Below are positions 10,594 to 20,009 of a stretch of DNA of 64,000 bases, one piece after another. The DNA comes from Marispirochaeta sp. GTDB taxonomy: Bacteria > Spirochaetota > Spirochaetia > JC444 > Marispirochaetaceae. Each line of letters starts with the position of its first letter. The stretch's first letter is position 1. A program made the position numbers and the translations under genes. The notes under the pieces are model-generated. The model did not search any database. It had not been told where the DNA came from and was given only the letters and a program-made list of their open reading frames with translations. The DNA is taken from positions 256,001 to 320,000 of the forward strand of contig CAXXFF010000001.1 of NCBI GenBank assembly GCA_963676835.2. The letters run 5' to 3'.

Positions 10594-10749
10594 CAGGGAA
10601 AAACAGAAAGGGAGTTGAACCGGAATGAAGGCGCCCAGCATTTTCATCCTTCTTTCCATGATTTGTAGAAAAATCACTTTAAAAACTATTTTTTTATATA
10701 GCCCTGCCATGTGCTGTTGTAAGATAAGAAATATCTTACTCGGGGAGAA

Positions 10750-11751
10750 ATGTTCATGAACTTTAAACTACTGGGAAGAACTGGTGTATTTGTATCCGGA
10801 CTTTGCTTCGGAACGATGTCTTTCGGAGGAATAGCTGACAAAAACGAATCAGCAGCCATGTATAAAGCAGTCAGAGAAAAGGGAATAAACTTTTTTGATA
10901 CCGCCAATGTTTACAACAAAGGTGTATCCGAAGAGATATTCGGAGAACTGATGGCCCATGAGCGGGATGAACTTGTAATTACCAGCAAGTATTCCGTCCG
11001 TACCGGCACAGATGTAAATGCAGTAGGTTCGTCCCGGCGTCACCTTATGCTTGAAGTGGATAAAAGTCTGAAGAGATTGAAAACAGACAGGATTGATCTC
11101 TACTTTGTCCATAATTTTGACCCCTATACCCACGTGGAAGAAGTACTCAGGGCTCTTGATGATCTGGTAAAACAAGGGAAGATTCTCTACCTGGGAGTAA
11201 GCAACTGGGCGGCATGGCAGATTGCCAAAGCACAGGGACTTGCCTTTCATTACGGCTGGAGCCGTTTTGAATGCATTCAGCCCATGTATAATCTGGTTAA
11301 ACGGCAGGCGGAAGCAGAAATTATCCCCATGGCCATGGCTGAAAATATGGCTGTAATGACCTACAGTCCCCTTGCGGGCGGTATGCTAACCGGTAAATAC
11401 CTTGCAAAACAGGCACCTGAAAAAGGCCGCTTTGTTGAGCAGAAAATGTACGCCGACCGCTACAGCAGTGAGGAATACCTTAAAGCCACAGAGAAATTTG
11501 TCAACTATGCAGAAAGCCATGGAGTAAATCCTGCAACCCTGGCCGTTGCATGGGTTGCCGCCAGGCCGGGAATTACCGCGCCCATTATCGGTGCCCGAAA
11601 TACGGACCAGCTTAAATACTCGCTGGACGCGGGGGATTTTTCCATGACAACAGAAATGCATGGAGATATATCCCGGTTTTTCCCGGGACCACCACCGGCA
11701 AACGACAGATCGGAAGAGAATATAAGCAGTTCATATAAAATGCGGGGTTAA
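10750..11751 (+). CDS. Aldo/keto reductase
   Basis: LGRTGVFVSGLCFGTM, FFDTANVY, ITSK, SLKRLKTDRIDLYFVH, YLGVSN, YSPLAGG, PIIGAR. Confidence 0.95.
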   Translation: MFMNFKLLGRTGVFVSGLCFGTMSFGGIADKNESAAMYKAVREKGINFFDTANVYNKGVSEEIFGELMAHERDELVITSKYSVRTGTDVNAVGSSRRHLMLEVDKSLKRLKTDRIDLYFVHNFDPYTHVEEVLRALDDLVKQGKILYLGVSNWAAWQIAKAQGLAFHYGWSRFECIQPMYNLVKRQAEAEIIPMAMAENMAVMTYSPLAGGMLTGKYLAKQAPEKGRFVEQKMYADRYSSEEYLKATEKFVNYAESHGVNPATLAVAWVAARPGITAPIIGARNTDQLKYSLDAGDFSMTTEMHGDISRFFPGPPPANDRSEENISSSYKMRG

Positions 11752-11776
11752 GCATTCACTTGGCAAATGACAGCTG

Positions 11777-14197
11777 CTAATACATTTGGTAAATCAGAGC
11801 CAGGATCACCCTCCAGTCGAAGGGGTCACGATCTTCTGCAACAGACAATGCGGTATCGCCGAGATAATTATCAACCCCCACATTCAGATTGAAGGTCCAG
11901 AGACGGTCAACAGTTTTCCGTATTACTGCTCCATATGATACTTTTTCAATATCAAGCCATTGGGTATCATCCGGAATACCTGAGTAAAATGATTTAAGAT
12001 AACCATGGTCGGCAAGCTGCAAACCTGCGTACAGCCTCGCGGCCATGTTCATTTCCGAAAAAGCACGGAGATATTCCAGTTCTGCGTAAAATCTGGCCCC
12101 CCGGTAGGACTGACCGGAAGGGTCAGTGGCCGCTTCGGCGGAGCCCCAGAAAGATCCGAACAGCCTCATTCGCCCGGAAGCTATCGATTCGAATGATAAA
12201 GGGGTTTTATAACCTGCCACCGCATTGGTGGACGCTATCCCTTCTGCTCCTTCACCGCCACTAAAACCATCCTCGGCGGAAACACGCTGATCCACATGTT
12301 CAAACAATGCCGCAGCTTTTAGAGATAGATCAGCATAGAACGGGGATCCTTTTCTGTAGGCCACATACTCAAACTCTGGAAAACGAATAAAAAAGCGGTT
12401 GAACACACCAACTTCAAAATGGGGTATAATTGTATTCTCATAATCTTCAAATCCGCTGATTTCAGGTAGAAACTCACCAATCCCTCCCATCTCCATGCCT
12501 GAAATAACCGGAACCGGCAATGAGAAAGAGGTATCAATATTTTCAAGAGTTCCGGGAGGATTAATCTTTCCATCCAGAATCCCACCGTTTGCAACCGCCG
12601 GGACATCAGGACCGTCCACCGACCTTAACGTAAGACTTCCGCCGTTATCAACAAGACAGGGTCCCTCCAACTCGGAGAAAAATGCAAGAACCTGTCCACC
12701 CGTGGCAACAGTGACTGCACCCCGTATTACAGAATCCATGAAAAATGCACGGCTTCCCAACTCAACCGTGAGCTCTCCATCCTCCCCACCTATTTCACTC
12801 TGCATTACCGTCAGGGATGTATCATTACCATAAATATTCACTTTATTGATATCTGAATTACGAATAACCAGGGATGATCCGTTTTCTGCAACAAAGTTCC
12901 ACAAACCGGGGGAGACTCTTCGGTTAAAATACATCTGATAAAACTCAGGCTGCAGCATTCTCCCCGGAGGCAGTTTGTAGTTTCTTATTCCACTGAAATC
13001 AGCTTCATACCCTTGAGGTACAACAACCTCAATCCCAGATAGCTTCCCTTCCAGTATTGTTCCCGTAACACCGGGATGAAGCCGGAGCCCCCAGCTTACC
13101 TTTTCAGATTCCTTAACGTATACCCGAAACACAGACCTTCCATCCCAGGTTTTTATCCTGTCCTGCATGGGCAGGCGGGTTATTCCCTTAAGATTCTCAC
13201 CTCCATAGAGCCATAGCTTAAGCAGGTTACAGTCATTAATAGAAATTTCAGAATCCAGATCGTAGCGGATCTCGCCCATGTTTTCACAACGGGTTGCCTC
13301 TAACACAGACCCGCTTTCGATTGTATGCCTCAGGTCACCAACCCCTTCTACATTTTCCAGGATTATTTTCGACCCCTTTGATGCATGAATACCGGAAGGA
13401 TAAATGGATACAAGCCTGGCTCGCTGCATGGATACCCGGGCGTCCCGGGTGGCATTGATAACCTGACCGGAACGTTTGGTCTGAAAAAACCGGATAGAGG
13501 AATCTTCCACGTTCAGCTGACCACCAAACAGTAAAATCCTCCCATTTATCTGTATATTCGTTCCCCGTACAGTGAGAGTAGCACCCTTGTCGACAATCAC
13601 ATCTCCATTAATTTTCCAGGGATTGCTGATTTCAAGATCGTGGCTGATTCTGAGTATGCCATTATACTCCGGCAACTGGGGTAAAATCGATGTCAAATGG
13701 TGTATGACAATACGATTGCGCCGGGGAATAAAAGCATTCGCTGTTCCGGAATCATAAATTTCAAGTGAATCCTGAACCTCCGTCGAGTTAAGAGGATGGA
13801 GAAAAAACTGTTCTTCCGGCATGGCACGGAAATCATGAGGTTTCAGGGTTAAACGGTTTATACGCTGAGCTTTTACTTCTTTGACTGCCACATAGCTTCT
13901 ACTGCGGTAATCCTTAAGGGTAATTTGCAGTTCAGTGGCAGCGGCGGAGAAAATCTCAAGTCGTATTTCACTGAAATCCTTCAGTTCAAGTTGATGATGA
14001 ATAAAGTAGGGGGTGGAAATGGTGGAATATTCACGGAACAGGTAACGGGCCTCGAGAGGAGTGCCGAGAGCGTCAAGCATCTTCCACCCGTCGGTTACTT
14101 CAACCGTGTTAGTTTCAGCCGTCAGGACCGCTGGAGTAAGGCAGAAAAAAAGAGTAAGTAAAAGAAACGGAACAAGGCAAATGAATGGTTTCTTCAC
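11777..14197 (-). CDS. Secreted/outer-membrane protein: CBM11/CIA30-like N-domain, beta-helix-like middle, MipA/OmpV-like C-terminal barrel (predicted)
   Basis: Signal peptide MKKPFICLVPFLLL; alternating beta patterns; C-terminal PEISGFEDYENTIIP, YLKSFYSGI and terminal strand WRVILALIYQMY. The CDS is secure; the domain calls are tentative. Confidence 0.55.
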   Translation of the reverse strand: MKKPFICLVPFLLLTLFFCLTPAVLTAETNTVEVTDGWKMLDALGTPLEARYLFREYSTISTPYFIHHQLELKDFSEIRLEIFSAAATELQITLKDYRSRSYVAVKEVKAQRINRLTLKPHDFRAMPEEQFFLHPLNSTEVQDSLEIYDSGTANAFIPRRNRIVIHHLTSILPQLPEYNGILRISHDLEISNPWKINGDVIVDKGATLTVRGTNIQINGRILLFGGQLNVEDSSIRFFQTKRSGQVINATRDARVSMQRARLVSIYPSGIHASKGSKIILENVEGVGDLRHTIESGSVLEATRCENMGEIRYDLDSEISINDCNLLKLWLYGGENLKGITRLPMQDRIKTWDGRSVFRVYVKESEKVSWGLRLHPGVTGTILEGKLSGIEVVVPQGYEADFSGIRNYKLPPGRMLQPEFYQMYFNRRVSPGLWNFVAENGSSLVIRNSDINKVNIYGNDTSLTVMQSEIGGEDGELTVELGSRAFFMDSVIRGAVTVATGGQVLAFFSELEGPCLVDNGGSLTLRSVDGPDVPAVANGGILDGKINPPGTLENIDTSFSLPVPVISGMEMGGIGEFLPEISGFEDYENTIIPHFEVGVFNRFFIRFPEFEYVAYRKGSPFYADLSLKAAALFEHVDQRVSAEDGFSGGEGAEGIASTNAVAGYKTPLSFESIASGRMRLFGSFWGSAEAATDPSGQSYRGARFYAELEYLRAFSEMNMAARLYAGLQLADHGYLKSFYSGIPDDTQWLDIEKVSYGAVIRKTVDRLWTFNLNVGVDNYLGDTALSVAEDRDPFDWRVILALIYQMY

Positions 14198-14248
14198 TCC
14201 ATAACTATATCTCAGGTACGGAAGCTTTAAAAACCATATTTTACCTTA

Positions 14249-14270
14249 ATCACCGGATTTTTCCGGTGAT
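14249..14270 (-). terminator. Hairpin downstream of guaA (probable terminator)
   Basis: ATCACCGGA-tttt-TCCGGTGAT inverted repeat about 24 nt after the guaA stop. Confidence 0.55.
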
Positions 14271-14293
14271 CAGGCAAAAGAACTTAAATCAGC

Positions 14294-15841
14294 CTACTCC
14301 CATTCGATGGTGGCAGGAGGTTTGGAGGAAATATCGTAAACAACCCTGCCAATTTCTCTGACAGAGTTTGTTATCAGACTTGAAATCTCCAGAAGATCCT
14401 TCGTTTCAAAAGGATAGACATCTGCAGTCATACCGTCGCGTGATATAATCGCCCTGAGGGCAAGTACAAAACCGTACTCCCGGGCGTCTCCCGTTACCCC
14501 GACAGAGCGAACAGGCAGAAGTACCGTAAAAGCCTGCCAGATCTCATCGTAAAGATTTCTGCTTTTTAACTCGGAAATAAAAATGGCATCCGCCTCTCGA
14601 AGAATATCACATTTTTCCCGGGTTATATCACCAAGGATACGAACTGCAAGGCCGGGACCGGGGAAAGGATGACGACGAATAACATCTTCTGCTATTCCAA
14701 CAGTTCTTCCAAGCTGCCGTACCTCGTCTTTATAGAGTTTGTCCAGGGGCTCAATTATACGACCGGCGTCTCTTTTAGCCTCAACCAGCGGGGAACGTAC
14801 ATTGTGGTGGGATTTTATTACCTTGGCTTTCTTCCCCACACCTTTCCCGGATTCGATCATATCCGTGTAGAGTGTACCCTGGGCAAGGAAAGCATCACCG
14901 ATTGCCAGCTTCTCGACTTCCCTGGTCTGGATGGAAATAAACAGGTCACCTATTATCCGTCGTTTTTCTTCCGGATCGGAAACTCCCGCAAGAGAAGAAA
15001 GATACTCTTCTTCTGCATGTATAATATAGAGATTTTCTGCACCAAGAGATTTGAGTGTTTTCTCAACCTCCACAGACTCGTTCTTACGCATCATGCCGGT
15101 ATCTATATACAATAAATATACTTGATCATGAGGGAGTGCCTTTAGCAGAAGACCACCGACAACTGTAGAGTCAACACCGCCTGAAATCAGAAGAAGAACT
15201 TTTTCCTCTCCCACCTTCTCGCGGATTTCGGCAGAAACCTGATCAAGGTAGGCATCCATGGTCCAGCTGTTTTCTGTGCCGCAGATGTTTATAACAAAGT
15301 TTTTCAGAATTTCCGTGCCGTATTCACAGTGACTTACTTCAGGATGAAACTGAATGCCGAAGATATTCTTTTCCCGCAGCCAGCCGGCGGCGATATGATG
15401 CTCGGAGGTTGCAACAAGCTCAAACTCCCGGCCCAGTTTCTCAATACTGTCACCATGGCTCATCCAGGATACAAAGCCTTCCGGTATACCTTCAAAAAGG
15501 GGACATTCCGCTGCATATTCCACTTTGGAACGGCCGAACTCCCTTTTTTCAAGAGGAGCAACATTACCGGCATGGTCTTTGGTCATTCTTTGAAAGCCGT
15601 AGCAGATCCCCAGAACAGGCAGCCCCAGTGAGTAGACAGCCTGATCAACCTGGGGAGCTCCATCTTCATAAACTGAAGATGGACTGCCGGAAAAGATCAA
15701 TCCTTTTACCCCATTTAGGGGAAGATCCTGAGCAGGAGTATCACCGGGAACAATATCGGTATAGACTCCGGCCTCACGGATTCTTCTGGCAATCAGCTGA
15801 GTAGTCTGACTTCCAAAATCCAGGATCAGGATGCTTTCCAT
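14294..15841 (-). CDS. guaA: GMP synthase (glutamine-hydrolysing)
   Basis: ILDFGSQ, GICYG, QFHPEV, SGGVDS, IKSHHNV, HPFPGPGLA, KPPATIEWE. Confidence 0.98.
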   Translation of the reverse strand: MESILILDFGSQTTQLIARRIREAGVYTDIVPGDTPAQDLPLNGVKGLIFSGSPSSVYEDGAPQVDQAVYSLGLPVLGICYGFQRMTKDHAGNVAPLEKREFGRSKVEYAAECPLFEGIPEGFVSWMSHGDSIEKLGREFELVATSEHHIAAGWLREKNIFGIQFHPEVSHCEYGTEILKNFVINICGTENSWTMDAYLDQVSAEIREKVGEEKVLLLISGGVDSTVVGGLLLKALPHDQVYLLYIDTGMMRKNESVEVEKTLKSLGAENLYIIHAEEEYLSSLAGVSDPEEKRRIIGDLFISIQTREVEKLAIGDAFLAQGTLYTDMIESGKGVGKKAKVIKSHHNVRSPLVEAKRDAGRIIEPLDKLYKDEVRQLGRTVGIAEDVIRRHPFPGPGLAVRILGDITREKCDILREADAIFISELKSRNLYDEIWQAFTVLLPVRSVGVTGDAREYGFVLALRAIISRDGMTADVYPFETKDLLEISSLITNSVREIGRVVYDISSKPPATIEWE

Positions 15842-17055
15842 GGGTCCTCACGAAGCATTGTCTGATTTCTCTCATAGCCGACAGAAATTATTTCCACCGG
15901 TGTTCCGGTGTACTCTTCGATAAACTTGATATAAGTGCGGGCCTCTTCGGGAAGATCACCATAGCTTTTTACGGCTCCCAGAGATTTCTGCCAGCCCGTG
16001 AAATCTTTGGTAACGGGCTTTGCCTTTTCAAGATCTTCAATACGGGTGGGAAAATCAGTAACCAGCTTGCCGTCAATCTCATAGCCCGTACAAAGTGTTA
16101 CGGTATCCAGGGTGTCATACACATCAAGATGAGTAAGCACCAGAGCGTCGAGAGAGTTTGTCCTGCAGGCATATTTCAATGCAACAAGGTCAAGATATCC
16201 GCATCTCCTGGGACGTCCGGTGGTCACCCCATATTCACGGCCGGTTTCACGTACGAGATCAATTAATCCACCCTGTTCAGTTTCAGAAAACTCACTGGGA
16301 AACGGACCATTTCCTACTCTGGTGGTATAGGCTTTGAAAACACCAAGAATTTTATCAAGATCACGGGGCCCTACACCGCCGCCGAGGGCAGCTCCTGCCG
16401 CATTTGAGTATCCTGAAGAAACAAAGGGATAGGTACCGGTATCCAGGTCAAGAAGGATTCCCTGCGCACCTTCAAACAAAGCGTTCTTATCTTTATGCTC
16501 AGCCATAAAAGAAGCAATATTTATTACCATACCGCTCAAGCGTTCCTTAAAGGGTGCAAGAAACTGACGATCCTCTTCAAGCAGGCTTTCCCAGACCCTG
16601 GAATCCCAGAGATCCCCGGCTCTGACACCTTCACGCTGAGCTTTTTCCGCGTAGGCAATTCCGATACCCCGCCCGGTAGTACCGATGGGCAGTCTCCGGT
16701 GAGACTCCATTTCGACATCCATCTGCTTGTAACGGGGAAGCACAAGATGGGCACGATCGGAAATTACAACCCGTCCTTTCCACGAAACACCCTGAGTCTC
16801 CAGCATTCCCAGTTCACTGAAAAGAGCTTCTGGATCAATGACCATCCCGCTGCCGAGAACTGCTATCTTATCTTCAGAGATAACTCCGGAAGGAATAAGG
16901 TGAAGTTTATAAGTAGTATCGTCAATTACGATAGTATGACCGGCATTGGCACCGCCGGAGTAGCGTACAACAACTCCTGCTTCTCCCGACAGGAAATCTA
17001 CTATCTTACCTTTTCCCTCATCACCCCACTGAGCTCCGATTACGACTAAATTCAT
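15826..17055 (-). CDS. purA: Adenylosuccinate synthetase
   Basis: GAQWGDEGKGK, GGANAGHT, IGTTGRGIG, EGAQG, GTYPFVSS, EYGVTTGRPRR. Confidence 0.98.
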   Translation of the reverse strand: MNLVVIGAQWGDEGKGKIVDFLSGEAGVVVRYSGGANAGHTIVIDDTTYKLHLIPSGVISEDKIAVLGSGMVIDPEALFSELGMLETQGVSWKGRVVISDRAHLVLPRYKQMDVEMESHRRLPIGTTGRGIGIAYAEKAQREGVRAGDLWDSRVWESLLEEDRQFLAPFKERLSGMVINIASFMAEHKDKNALFEGAQGILLDLDTGTYPFVSSGYSNAAGAALGGGVGPRDLDKILGVFKAYTTRVGNGPFPSEFSETEQGGLIDLVRETGREYGVTTGRPRRCGYLDLVALKYACRTNSLDALVLTHLDVYDTLDTVTLCTGYEIDGKLVTDFPTRIEDLEKAKPVTKDFTGWQKSLGAVKSYGDLPEEARTYIKFIEEYTGTPVEIISVGYERNQTMLREDPWKAS

Positions 17056-17063
17056 TGTTTCCC

Positions 17064-18506
17064 CTAGTTACGCGAATAGTTCGGTGCTTCCTGTGTAATG
17101 GAAACGTCATGTGCATGACTCTCCTGAAGACCGGCGCTGGAGATCTTAACAAAATTTTGATATAAGCGCAATTCATCGATGGTTCTGCATCCGCAGTATC
17201 CCATACCCTTTTTCAGTCCCGTTACCATCTGATGAAAGAAATTTTTCAGTTCACCCTTATACGGCACCCGGCCTTCAATGCCCTCCGGCACCGGCTCTTC
17301 GTCTGCCGCCATCTGGTAGCGGTCGCCGGATCCCTGTTTGATTGAAGAAATACTGCCCATACCGCGGTACTCCTTGAACATACGGCCGTCATAGATGATC
17401 TCCCTGCCGGGGGCCTCTTTCAGGCCGGCAAACAGATTTCCGATCATAACAACACTTGCCCCGGCACAGATGGCCTTGGTGATGTCACCGGAAAATTTGA
17501 TTCCTCCGTCGGCGATAATGGGAATATCAGATTTGGCCGCCTCTTCTGCACACTCAAGCACAGCGGTAAACTGGGGAACACCTATTCCTGCAACAATTCT
17601 GGTAGTGCAGATTGAACCGGGACCAACCCCGATTTTAACCGCATCTGCACCGGCGTCTATGAGCCGTCGGGTACCTGCCGCAGTAGCGACATTACCGCCA
17701 ATAACCGCAACATGGGAGAACTCTTTTTTTATACCCTTAACGGCATCAATAACACTCTTACTGTCGCCATGGGCGGTATCAAGAACCACAAAATCAACAT
17801 TTGACTCTGAAAGCAGCGGCAGCCGTACCATCCAGTCGTTCGGAGAAACGGCTGCTCCAACAATAAGCCTTCCCCGGCCGTCTACAGCAGCATTGGGAAA
17901 GTCCTGATGCTTCTCCATATCCTTAACAGTTACCAGACCGGTGAGCTTTCCATTCTTATCCACCACCGGAAGCTTCTCTATTTTATGGGCATCAAACTTG
18001 GCCTGAGCACTTTCAGGAGTAGGTTCACCGGTTTCAACAACAGGATCCGCAGTCATCACATCTGCCACTTTGAGCATATCATCCTGACAGAACCTCAAAT
18101 CGCGACCGGTAATAATTCCTTTTAAAATACCTTTTTCATCAACCACTGGAAGTCCGGAAACCCGGTTCCGTGATGTTTTACGTTTTACCTCTGCTATAGT
18201 ATCATCGGGATGTACGGTTACCGGGTTTTCTATAACCCAGTTCAGATAACGCTTGACCGCACTCACATGACTGGCCTGCTCTTCCGGAGACAGATTCCGG
18301 TGTATAACTCCGGCACCGCCCTGCAGGGCAATAGCAATTGCCATACGCTTCTCGGTAACCGTATCCATTGCGGCGGATATAATAGGCGCCTGAAGGGTTA
18401 TAGATCCGGCAAGTCTGGTGGTAACCCGGGCTTCACCCGGAAGAAAATCGGCATACGAGGGAACAAGAAGAACATCATCGTAACTGAGGGATTCCTTGAA
18501 TTCCAT
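17064..18506 (-). CDS. guaB: IMP dehydrogenase (with CBS pair)
   Basis: [47 protein letters not shown]. Confidence 0.98.
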   Translation of the reverse strand: MEFKESLSYDDVLLVPSYADFLPGEARVTTRLAGSITLQAPIISAAMDTVTEKRMAIAIALQGGAGVIHRNLSPEEQASHVSAVKRYLNWVIENPVTVHPDDTIAEVKRKTSRNRVSGLPVVDEKGILKGIITGRDLRFCQDDMLKVADVMTADPVVETGEPTPESAQAKFDAHKIEKLPVVDKNGKLTGLVTVKDMEKHQDFPNAAVDGRGRLIVGAAVSPNDWMVRLPLLSESNVDFVVLDTAHGDSKSVIDAVKGIKKEFSHVAVIGGNVATAAGTRRLIDAGADAVKIGVGPGSICTTRIVAGIGVPQFTAVLECAEEAAKSDIPIIADGGIKFSGDITKAICAGASVVMIGNLFAGLKEAPGREIIYDGRMFKEYRGMGSISSIKQGSGDRYQMAADEEPVPEGIEGRVPYKGELKNFFHQMVTGLKKGMGYCGCRTIDELRLYQNFVKISSAGLQESHAHDVSITQEAPNYSRN

Positions 18507-18508
18507 GA

Positions 18509-19933
18509 CTATTTCATTACTCCTGTTAGATCCATATCGCTGTATCGGGCCGCGATCTCTTCAGCTTTCTTGACTGCAATTCCCCGATACTGTTCCTGGT
18601 GAGCGAAAAACTCGTCCGCAGAAGGCAGTCCCACCGATTTAAGTGAAGCACTGATCATTTCTGATGTAGATGGATCCTCTGCAATCGCTTTCGCAAGGGT
18701 TATACCTTCATTTTCACAGCGGAGAGTCAGCTGTTTAATAATCTCATGGGCGTCCGACTCACCCGCCGCGGCAAGCAGAATATAGGCTGCCTCTGCCAGA
18801 ACAAGATCTCCCGATGCTTTTATATTCTGCATCATGACATTCTCATTAACATGCAGACTGTCGAGGACTTTATACATTCGTGCCACAGCAGCTGCAAAAC
18901 CGGTAAGATAATCCGCAATAAAACGCATAGAAGCGGAATTGCTGAGATCCCTCTGATGTTCGGAGATCTGGTCCATGTAAAAGGTCATAACCCGGGGAGC
19001 AAATGCCTTCCAGAGACTTTTTACATGCTCTGAATTCCAGGGATTTCTCTTCTGGGGCATGGTGGATGAACCAACCTGTGAACTGGTAAAAAGCTCTCTT
19101 ACCTCATTCAGTTCGGAACGCTGCAGATGCCTGAGATCATCAGCCAGATTTGCAAGGATTCCAAAGGCAACATTTACTTCCAGCAGCAGCCTGAGCAGAT
19201 ATTCAGGTTCAACCATCTGGGTTGACGTTTCGGATGGTTTAAGCCCCAGGGATGCCAGGATTTCCGCCTCGAAGGCTTCCGGATCGGCGGTCAGCAGCGC
19301 AGTTGAGTTATATGAACCCACTGCACCGGCAATCTTTCCACGGAGATCCGCCGAATATTCAGCAATTTTAAGGATTGATTTACCGAGTCTGGAGGCATAT
19401 TCAGCCATGGCAAAACCAAAGGTTATGGGGACCGCATGTTGTCCATGGGTTCTGCCGACCTGAGGAACCGAGGCGTTCTCCCGGCAAAGCTGTACAAGCT
19501 TCTCTTCCACCTTTTTAAGCTGAGGCAGAATAACCTGCTGCACACTGTCCCGCATACGCATGGACTGAGCGGTGTCCAGAATATCAACAGAGGTGGTACC
19601 GAGATGAACGTACGGAGCAGTTTCTGCAGGTACCTTTTTTTTCAGTACATTCACCAGGGCACGGATATTATGCTGGGTTTTTTCTTCTTCTTCGTAAACT
19701 TCGGCGGGACTTACAGTTTCTTCTACTGAATCAAGGGCTCTAATAAGATCAGCCCGTCCGTCAAGACTCAGGTTTACATGGCTTTTAAGCAGGGCGATCT
19801 CGACTTTAATACAGTACATGATCGATGCTTCTTCGCTGAGATAGTTGGTCAGATTGTCAAACAGTTCGCGATTTGCGAGATAATAACGGTGGTCCAGGGG
19901 GGACAAATTATGAAAAATGCTTCTCTCTTCCAT
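18509..19933 (-). CDS. purB: Adenylosuccinate lyase
   Basis: SPLDHRY, HLGTTSVDI, GRTHGQHA, GAVG, GSSTMPQKRNP, HQRDLSNSA. Confidence 0.95.
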   Translation of the reverse strand: MEERSIFHNLSPLDHRYYLANRELFDNLTNYLSEEASIMYCIKVEIALLKSHVNLSLDGRADLIRALDSVEETVSPAEVYEEEEKTQHNIRALVNVLKKKVPAETAPYVHLGTTSVDILDTAQSMRMRDSVQQVILPQLKKVEEKLVQLCRENASVPQVGRTHGQHAVPITFGFAMAEYASRLGKSILKIAEYSADLRGKIAGAVGSYNSTALLTADPEAFEAEILASLGLKPSETSTQMVEPEYLLRLLLEVNVAFGILANLADDLRHLQRSELNEVRELFTSSQVGSSTMPQKRNPWNSEHVKSLWKAFAPRVMTFYMDQISEHQRDLSNSASMRFIADYLTGFAAAVARMYKVLDSLHVNENVMMQNIKASGDLVLAEAAYILLAAAGESDAHEIIKQLTLRCENEGITLAKAIAEDPSTSEMISASLKSVGLPSADEFFAHQEQYRGIAVKKAEEIAARYSDMDLTGVMK

Positions 19934-19938
19934 ACGCT

Positions 19939-20004
19939 ACTATGCCAGAATCGTTCCGGGTTTGTCAAAGCCCGGTGGCCCAGATAGGCTTAATTTGTTA
20001 CACT
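19939..20004. promoter_or_regulatory. Divergent promoters of purB and the TPR gene, both possibly leaderless
   Basis: Minus strand: TTGACA(19968-63)-18-CATAGT, then 5 nt to the purB ATG. Plus strand: TG-t-TACACT(19999-20004), then 5 nt to ATG 20010. Confidence 0.45.
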
Positions 20005-20009
20005 CAGGT

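Noticed and set aside
10595..10660. Possible tRNA on the minus strand (GGTTCAACTCC)
   Set aside because: No complete T stem, acceptor stem or cloverleaf; only the 12-bp match reported as a finding.
10560..14293. Prophage or integrative element at ssrA or guaA
   Set aside because: No integrase, transposase or phage genes, and no direct att repeat seen.
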